DNA from: Octopus bimaculoides
Lineage: Eukaryota
Assembly: GCF_001194135.2 (NCBI RefSeq)
Contig: NC_068988.1
Location: forward strand, 96,922,925-96,966,051
Direction: 5' to 3'
Length of the DNA: 43,127 nucleotides
The position numbers and the translations under genes were made by a program. Shown here piece by piece: positions 35,371 through 43,127 of the stretch. Each line of letters opens with the position of its first letter. The stretch's first letter is position 1. The notes beneath the pieces are model-generated. The model searched no databases, was not told where the DNA came from, and saw only the letters and a list, made by a program, of their open reading frames with translations.

Positions 35371-36005
35371 TACGACTGTTGCTGTTGTCTCTAGCATCAT
35401 CACCTTGTACAACGATTAATACTCGTACACAANNNNNNNNNNNNNNNNNNNNNNNNNNNNNNNNNNNNNNNNNNNNNNNNNNNNNNNNNNNNNNNNNNNN
35501 NNNNNNNNNNNNNNNNNNNNNNNNNNNNNNNNNNNNNNNNNNNNNNNNNNNNNNNNNNNNNNNNNNNNNNNNNNNNNNNNNNNNNNNNNNNNNNNNNNNN
35601 NNNNNNNNNNNNNNNNNNNNNNNNNNNNNNNNNNNNNNNNNNNNNNNNNNNNNNNNNNNNNNNNNNNNNNNNNNNNNNNNNNNNNNNNNNNNNNNNNNNN
35701 NNNNNNNNNNNNNNNNNNNNNNNNNNNNNNNNNNNNNNNNNNNNNNNNNNNNNNNNNNNNNNNNNNNNNNNNNNNNNNNNNNNNNNNNNNNNNNNNNNNN
35801 NNNNNNNNNNNNNNNNNNNNNNNNNNNNNNNNNNNNNNNNNNNNNNNNNNNNNNNNNNNNNNNNNNNNNNNNNNNNNNNNNNNNNNNNNNNNNNNNNNNN
35901 NNNNNNNNNNNNNNNNNNNNNNNNNNNNNNNNNNNNNNNNNNNNNNNNNNNNNNNNNNNNNNCTGTGTGTATATTCATTATATTTCCACCCGTTTACTTT
36001 TGCAG

Positions 36006-36145
36006 ACTTCGTCATTAACTTCGCCAGTCAATGTTCGCTTGTATTTGATGCCAGAAATTACCTTACGGTCGTCTGCTGTTGGGGTTACTTAAGAAAATCG
36101 CTTAAGAAGAAGAGAAAACTCTCGGACATAGAAGCAACAAAATGA
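36006..36145 (+). CDS. Candidate unassigned terminal exon: x-FVINFASQCSLVFDARNYLTVVCCWGYLRKSLKKKRKLSDIEATK*
   Basis: Strong acceptor tttccacccgtttacttttgcAG, 45 open codons, AATAAA about 10 nt after the TGA. No homology recognised. Confidence 0.3.
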
Positions 36146-37149
36146 AGATGACGTGAATAAACTTACATGACCCATCTGTCAACAATTAAGAGGCTTTTAA
36201 CACAGAAAAAAGGGGTTAAAATAAGAAGACAAAAAATGACATTTTGTAACTTCAAATAAAAGAGCGCAGTAAACATCTTTTTCCGTTTTTTGTTTCCTGT
36301 CTTAATTCTTTTTGTCGCCTGATCAGGGGATTGTATTAAATGATAACAAAACTTTCAAAGAACCACCATTTTAAAAAGGCATACTATTCTACCAATGGTT
36401 ATTCGTAGAACGAATTCCTATCATTCTAAAGTCTATCTATTTTAAGGACTTCAAGATTTTATGTATTCCATACATCTAACTCTGGGCTTTACACTTCTCC
36501 TTTATATATCAACCAAAAACAAAAACAGAAAAAAAGGGGTAAATATTTCAATAAAACTTGTATATTTCCGTAGAGTTAAGCTATATTTACCAGCGATGCC
36601 ATTGCTAAACGGTTGCTCACTTTGATAGAATTCACAGTTTAATCTTCCTCAAATTTATCTTTATATTATAACAGTGTGTGTATGCATGTATGCATGTATG
36701 TATGCCTTTATGTATGTATGTATGTATGTATGTAGGTGGGTAGGTAGGTATCTATATATATCTTATCTGTCTGTTTCTCTGTCTATATTTCACTGTGCCA
36801 ATGGGCAGCGTTTCAAATATAAGAAAACATCTAGCGAGGAGAAATGGCAGTAAAATCTTTCAAACTATTGTTTTAAAAATGAATAGTCACGTCTTTGATA
36901 TACGATGCCTGAATGTAAAACATCGGAAGTGTCACAGCTTGATTTAAGCTAATTAGTAATAACTAAATCACTTAATCTTTGTATCAATTTTATTATTAGT
37001 TAATCAATGACCATCCACCGCCTTGGGAGCTAGTAGATGCACAGCAAAAGACGCAAACTCTATTCTTTCATCTTTCCTAGTTACAAAGCCACCTCGTGCT
37101 TCCCACCATCTTTCTCTCTCTTCATTGATGTTACTCAAACATCCCCTTT

Positions 37150-37900
37150 GAGGTCTTCATAAACCGATTCTTACCGGAGGTAATCCATACACGACCATAT
37201 TTACTGAAGACAGGGTGTCATGTTCTCGTCTTACATAACCAAAGCTCTTTATTTCCCACCTTTTAACAATTCACCAGCGACTTTCCTGCTTCCTTCTTAT
37301 AACACCACTATTCATCTTTGAAATTCTATTTAATTCTTAGTTGTTTAATACTTTCCCTTGCTGTATCTAATTTCTCCTCACAGCTGTTTCTTACCTCAGT
37401 CCCTGTTTTATAGTTCTTGCTTTCCTTGAAGCTATTTGTATTAGTTTCCTCTTCTTTATTCTTTTCTCGTGTTATATATTTTTATAGTCTCACAATAGAT
37501 ATCTTACAATAATTTTCTACTCTTAGAAAACCTCTCCCCTTGTATTCATGGCAAACATAATCTTTCTATGTTGACTTTGGGGTGTGTTTTCTAAATGCAG
37601 TCATATTTTCCTTGCTTTTCTGTCTAGTTTTGTTAAATCATTTAGCTTTCAGTTGAGAATATTATAAACTATAGCTTATTGAAACAGCTTCGGTATCGAT
37701 TGAAACCGGTTGCCTTATTTTCGGCATTTAGCTTAGTTTTAAGCATCAATCTAACGCGACTATGATATTTCATCCCAACCTGTTTTTATTTGTGTTTCTT
37801 GCAACACATTTAATTCTTTGATTCCTTAGTATTTGCCAGTGTTTGGTCTAATTTATCTTAAAACAATTTCATACCAATTTTCCACTTGAAGCTGGGCATC
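37150..37900 (-). mobile_element. Decayed RLE-type non-LTR retrotransposon RT C-terminal region
   Basis: Minus frames give KIGMKL, GKY*GI, KYHSRVRLMLKTKLNAENK, IVYNILN*KLNDLTKLDRKARK and RKHTPKVNIERLCLP in the expected order. Confidence 0.75.
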
Positions 37901-38520
37901 TTATGCAAAAATGTTTTCTCGCGTTTGACAACTGTAACATGGGAATAGTCGATTCCATCGAAAACCGTATTTAACTGGTACGTTATCTTATGGACTCTGG
38001 AATGAAGACATGTAAAACCAACTTCGGTAGTATTCGAAATCGGAACGTAAAAGGAAGCCACTGAAAACAGCCAAATTTTTGCCCGACTCTCCATTCATTC
38101 TTCCAACAACACCATGGACCAATGCGATACCGTTCTATGTTTAAAGACAAAAAGATGCCGAAGAGCAGCAGATACGAAACCATAGGTTGATGTAAGAATG
38201 GTGGAGTAGTGAATGCAGAGAGCGTACCTCCTTGGGTGATGATGTTGTTACTGCTTGGCTGCAGATCAGATGTGATAAAGAGGATTTATAATCAATACCT
38301 TCCACATATGGCCATCCAATTGTAGTAAATATGTTTCTATTTGCACACACACATACACACACGCACGTCTAAATAATTACAGACATACGTAAGGTAATAT
38401 ATATATATATATATGTACGCACCTTTCTCTATTTGCCACTGTGTATGTGTGTGTATATGTACGCATATATATATATATATATANNNNNNNNNNNNNNNNN
38501 NNNNNNNNNNNNNNNNNNNN

Positions 38521-38571
<51 letters not shown>

Positions 38572-39018
38572 TATATACAAAGCTATACACATATATTTGC
38601 ATACATCTTTACGCTTCGTCCACTAACTCTGCCTGCCACCTTTCTCCCCCCTCTCTCATCTCATTACTGTTTCCCCGTATTTTCCTTTTCTTCTCTTATG
38701 TTATTTACTCATGGAGGTGATTCCTACATGTTTGCCCCACTCCCCACCCTCCAACTATTTTTCACGCTACAAATATAATTACTTTGCTAGCAGAGAAAAT
38801 ACTGGCGCAGGGCTGCTTCTTAGGTGTTTTGTAGAGTTTGTTAAGGAACCACTGCACGCATTCGCTCTGTCTATTTTGTGTTACGCAGTCACCAAATACT
38901 TGGGAATTCTCGGCATCGAAAACGTTTTGATCTTATCTATTACTGAGAAACCAGCATTTATATAGTGATCCAAACACATTTATATATTTCCTTTCATGAT
39001 ATATATCTGTGTGCGCCA

Positions 39019-39107
<89 letters not shown>

Positions 39108-42100
39108 CACACACACACACACGCACGTATATACACATATATAAAAGTACTTCACGCACAGAGATACATGTACATATATTTGTTTTGAAGTGACCAGGGC
39201 GTCTGTACAGTTCAATGAATCGAAAGATGCAGCAAAAATTTGCTTCAGTGACCACTGTACATTACATGTGTTTTGACTTTGGCCTCAGTTACGTATGCAT
39301 ATGAACACGCACACACACACATAGACACAAATATATGTGTATATGTGTGTGTGTTTGTGTTTGTGTGTGTATGTATGTTATGTATACGTGAGTATGTATT
39401 GTTACGACTTTCTGATTAGACGCAAGTGTTGGACAAGCGTCCAAGATACGTCNNNNNNNNNNNNNNNNNNNNNNNNNNNNNNNNNNNNNNNNNNNNNNNN
39501 NNNNNNNNNNNNNNNNNNNNNNNNNNNNNNNNNNNNNNNNNNNNNNNNNNNNNNNNNNNNNNNNNNNNNNNNNNNNNNNNNNNNNNNNNNNNNNNNNNNN
39601 NNNNNNNNNNNNNNNNNNNNNNNNNNNNNNNNNNNNNNNNNNNNNNNNNNNNNNNNNNNNNNNNNNNNNNNNNNNNNNNNNNNNNNNNNNNNNNNNNNNN
39701 NNNNNNNNNNNNNNNNNNNNNNNNNNNNNNNNNNNNNNNNNNNNNNNNNNNNNNNNNNNNNNNNNNNNNNNNNNNNNNNNNNNNNNNNNNNNNNNNNNNN
39801 NNNNNNNNNNNNNNNNNNNNNNNNNNNNNNNNNNNNNNNNNNNNNNNNNNNNNNNNNNNNNNNNNNNNNNNNNNNNNNNNNNNNNNNNNNNNNNNNNNNN
39901 NNNNNNNNNNNNNNNNNNNNNNNNNNNNNNNNNNNNNNNNNNNNNNNNNNNNNNNNNNNNNNNNNNNNNNNNNNNNNNNNNNNNNNNNNNNNNNNNNNNN
40001 NNNNNNNNNNNNNNNNNNNNNNNNNNNNNNNNNNNNNNNNNNNNNNNNNNNNNNNNNNNNNNNNNNNNNNNNNNNNNNNNNNNNNNNNNNNNNNNNNNNN
40101 NNNNNNNNNNNNNNNNNNNNNNNNNNNNNNNNNNNNNNNNNNNNNNNNNNNNNNNNNNNNNNNNNNNNNNNNNNNNNNNNNNNNNNNNNNNNNNNNNNNN
40201 NNNNNNNAGCAAGATACCAATGTTTGCTGGAAATAGCAGTCGATAACCGCACGACACTATTGTAAAGCTTCCCTGAATGTATAGAGGCAAAGATGCATAG
40301 GCATTGATGTAGCGGATATTTTAAATTTCGTCTTCGGTGACCCTTGCTGACGAAGACTAACCAGATTTACGATAACAAAGATATTCTGGAAAGTCCGGTA
40401 ACGCGTTCAAGGAGATACTCCAGGCAAAGAAAGAGAAAGAGAGTGTGTATGAGTCAGTGAAGAAGGGAGAGCGAAACGAAACACTACTTTGATAATTGTG
40501 ATTCTCTTGATAAAATTAGGTGTGACATTCAGGATACTAAACGGGCTGCATGCGGCCCGAAGGCCGAAGCTGGCACATGATTGTCTTGTGTTGCTGTTAG
40601 AAAGAGCAGTCGAGTCTTCCTGAAATCACTAGACAATAGAGGGCGAAACATTTTATTTCTGAAATATGTTAAAGGAAAACTAAAGCTGGACGAGATCGAC
40701 ATAACTGGGAAGAAACCTTTCATTATGTGTCTACCTCACACATCCACCCCCACACAAACACACACACACACACACACACCACACAGAGACACACACACAC
40801 CACACACAGACACACACACACCACACACAGACACACACACACACACATTTACGTACAAACACAAACATACACGTAACACACACACGCGTGTATATCCATA
40901 TTTATGCATTTACGTAAACACATACATATATGTATTCATATACACAAGCACACACACACACGCTACATCACACACACACACATACATATATTTATGCATA
41001 TGCACACGTACACACGCGTATGCATGAACACACATACACACACGCCTGTTATAAAGGAGGACTGATAGGGATGAAGCACCGGAAACCTCTTTCGGAAGCT
41101 GGTTTTGGTCATCTCAGTTTGAACATCTTGTCTTGTCTGTAGAACATGGGTGTTATGCAATGTTGCGTTTAATGAGATCAACACCACCAGTTTCCAACGG
41201 AAGGATTGCTCAGAACACCGTAGCAAAGGGACGTAACCTTGCTTTGTACTGTCTCAATTGGATTTTCATATGTTGTCCGCACCGTGGGACCGTGAGACCG
41301 TGGGATCGAAAATACTTTGATATCATCACATTTACACGCATTGATATATATATATATATATATATATATACATTTAGACACACACACTCACATACACATA
41401 CAATATATTTGAATGTNNNNNNNNNNNNNNNNNNNNNNNNNNNNNNNNNNNNNNNNNNNNNNNNNNNNNNNNNNNNNNNNNNNNNNNNNNNNNNNNNNNN
41501 NNNNNNNNNNNNNNNNNNNNNNNNNNNNNNNNNNNNNNNNNNNNNNNNNNNNNNNNNNNNNNNNNNNNNNNNNNNNNNNNNNNNNNNNNNNNNNNNNNNN
41601 NNNNNNNNNNNNNNNNNNNNNNNNNNNNNNNNNNNNNNNNNNNNNNNNNNNNNNNNNNNNNNNNNNNNNNNNNNNNNNNNNNNNNNNNNNNNNNNNNNNN
41701 NNNNNNNNNNNNNNNNNNNNNNNNNNNNNNNNNNNNNNNNNNNNNNNNNNNNNNNNNNNNNNNNNNNNNNNNNNNNNNNNNNNNNNNNNNNNNNNNNNNN
41801 NNNNNNNNNNNNNNNNNNNNNNNNNNNNNNNNNNNNNNNNNNNNNNNNNNNNNNNNNNNNNNNNNNNNNNNNNNNNNNNNNNNNNNNNNNNNNNNNNNNN
41901 NNNNNNNNNNNNNNNNNNNNNNNNNNNNNNNNNNNNNNNNNNNNNNNNNNNNNNNNNNNNNNNNNNNNNNNNNNNNNNNNNNNNNNNNNNNNNNNNNNNN
42001 NNNNNNNNNNNNNNNNNNNNNNNNNNNNNNNNNNNNNNNNNNNNNNNNNNNNNNNNNNNNNNNNNNNNNNNNNNNNNNNNNNNNNNNNNNNNNNNNNNNN

Positions 42101-42300
42101 NNNNNNNNNNNNNNNNNNNNNNNNNNNNNNNNNNNNNNNNNNNNNNNNNNNNNNNNNNNNNNNNNNNNNNNNNNNNNNNNNNNNNNNNNNNNNNNNNNNN
42201 NNNNNNNNNNNNNNNNNNNNNNNNNNNNNNNNNNNNNNNNNNNNNNNNNNNNNNNNNNNNNNNNNNNNNNNNNNNNNNNNNNNNNNNNNNNNNNNNNNNN

Positions 42301-42344
<44 letters not shown>

Positions 42345-42429
42345 GTATGCATATGTATGTATCTATGCATATATCTATGTGTGTTTGTCCTTGTGTCTGC
42401 GTTTGTCCCCACCACTGTTTGACAATCGA

Positions 42430-42596
42430 TGTTTGTATGTTTACGTCCTCATAGCTTAGCGGTTTGGCAAAAGGGATAAATAGAATAAGTAATAAACTAA
42501 AAAAAGTCTTGGGGGTCGATTCATTGGACCAAAAGTTCATCAAGGTGGTGCCCCAGCATGGGCGCAGTATAATGACTGAAGTAAGCAAAAGATAAA
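42430..42596 (+). mobile_element. SINE 3' part
   Basis: gtttacgtcc...cttagcggtttggcaaaag...ggggtcgatt...ggtgccccagcatgggcgcagt.aatgactgaa; reverse complement of 11200-11360. Confidence 0.75.
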
Positions 42597-42707
42597 TTAA
42601 AAAAAAACCCATATGTAATATATATATACTTTAATCTTTCGCCGTAGCGAAACCAATAACCTGGCGTTACGACTCAGTATGCACCTGCTTCAGAGAAAAG
42701 CAGTAGT

Positions 42708-42808
42708 AGAGTACAGGGCGTACTTCTTATGTATGACCTTATAGTAAGGGTGTACTTCTTATGTATTCGCATGTAGTATAGGTTGTACTCCTTATGTTTG
42801 ACGTCATA
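42708..42808. repeat. Degenerate minisatellite, 3 copies, period 32-33 bp
   Basis: Core tact(t/c)cttatgt at 42721, 42753 and 42786. Confidence 0.7.
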
Positions 42809-43127
42809 GCTTCCGATGAAACCTTGCAGCATGGGCTGTGACTGTAATTTAAGGGTCGGACCCTGATTCTATTTAGGAATTACTTAAGGGTGCACAGGTG
42901 TGTAGAATACTCTTCTTGTTACATGTTAGTTTAACGAGTCAGACGTTCATACTCCTCATTGAAACCGACGAAGGACCCATCAATACGTCTATCAATTAGT
43001 CTATCGTTAGCCAGCGAGTATGGCTGCAAAGCATGCACCAGGCTTTCTCTACAGAGAACCAATCGGCCATCGGACGGTTGATCCAGTGGAACATCAAGAG
43101 AGAGAGGGTGTGTGTGAGAGGGGGAGT

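Noticed and set aside
969-41040. Many TGCRCNC metal-response-element matches, tempting because ZNG1 is zinc-related
   Set aside because: They arise automatically within (CA)n and (TG)n microsatellites and carry no information.
34980-42612. Long ORFs of 190-430 aa in the supplied track
   Set aside because: They are open only because they run through N gaps and microsatellites.
10530-42985. Other CTGANGA-like hits (about 10537, 16901, 23356, 24517, 24736, 40347, 42965)
   Set aside because: None has a downstream GAAA with matching stems and an NUH site.

Overview
AT-rich, microsatellite-saturated eukaryotic DNA with 16 assembly gaps (about 3.8 kb of N). The SINE, LINE and MITE content looks like an octopus (coleoid cephalopod) draft assembly; this is an inference from remembered repeat sequences, not a database search. 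The one securely identified gene is the 3' part of ZNG1 (CBWD/COBW-domain zinc metallochaperone GTPase) on the + strand. Five exons at 16545-20664 splice in frame to the stop codon, the first starts inside an N gap, and the upstream exons were not found. The rest is mostly decayed transposons: RTE, CR1-like and restriction-like-endonuclease (RLE) LINE fragments, a Penelope-like RT fragment, tRNA-derived SINEs, Tc1/mariner derivatives and TTAA-flanked MITEs. The most notable signal is four type I hammerhead ribozyme motifs with palindromic stem III, the form associated with Penelope-like elements. One of them (14107-14173, minus strand) has an intact core and lies next to an inverted copy of its own 5' arm that could block folding. 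CpG content rises sharply at about 22-24 kb, just past ZNG1. A few unassigned candidate exons lie in the right half at low confidence. Almost all ORFs in the supplied track are microsatellite or N-gap artefacts. No rRNA, true tRNA gene or CRISPR array was seen.
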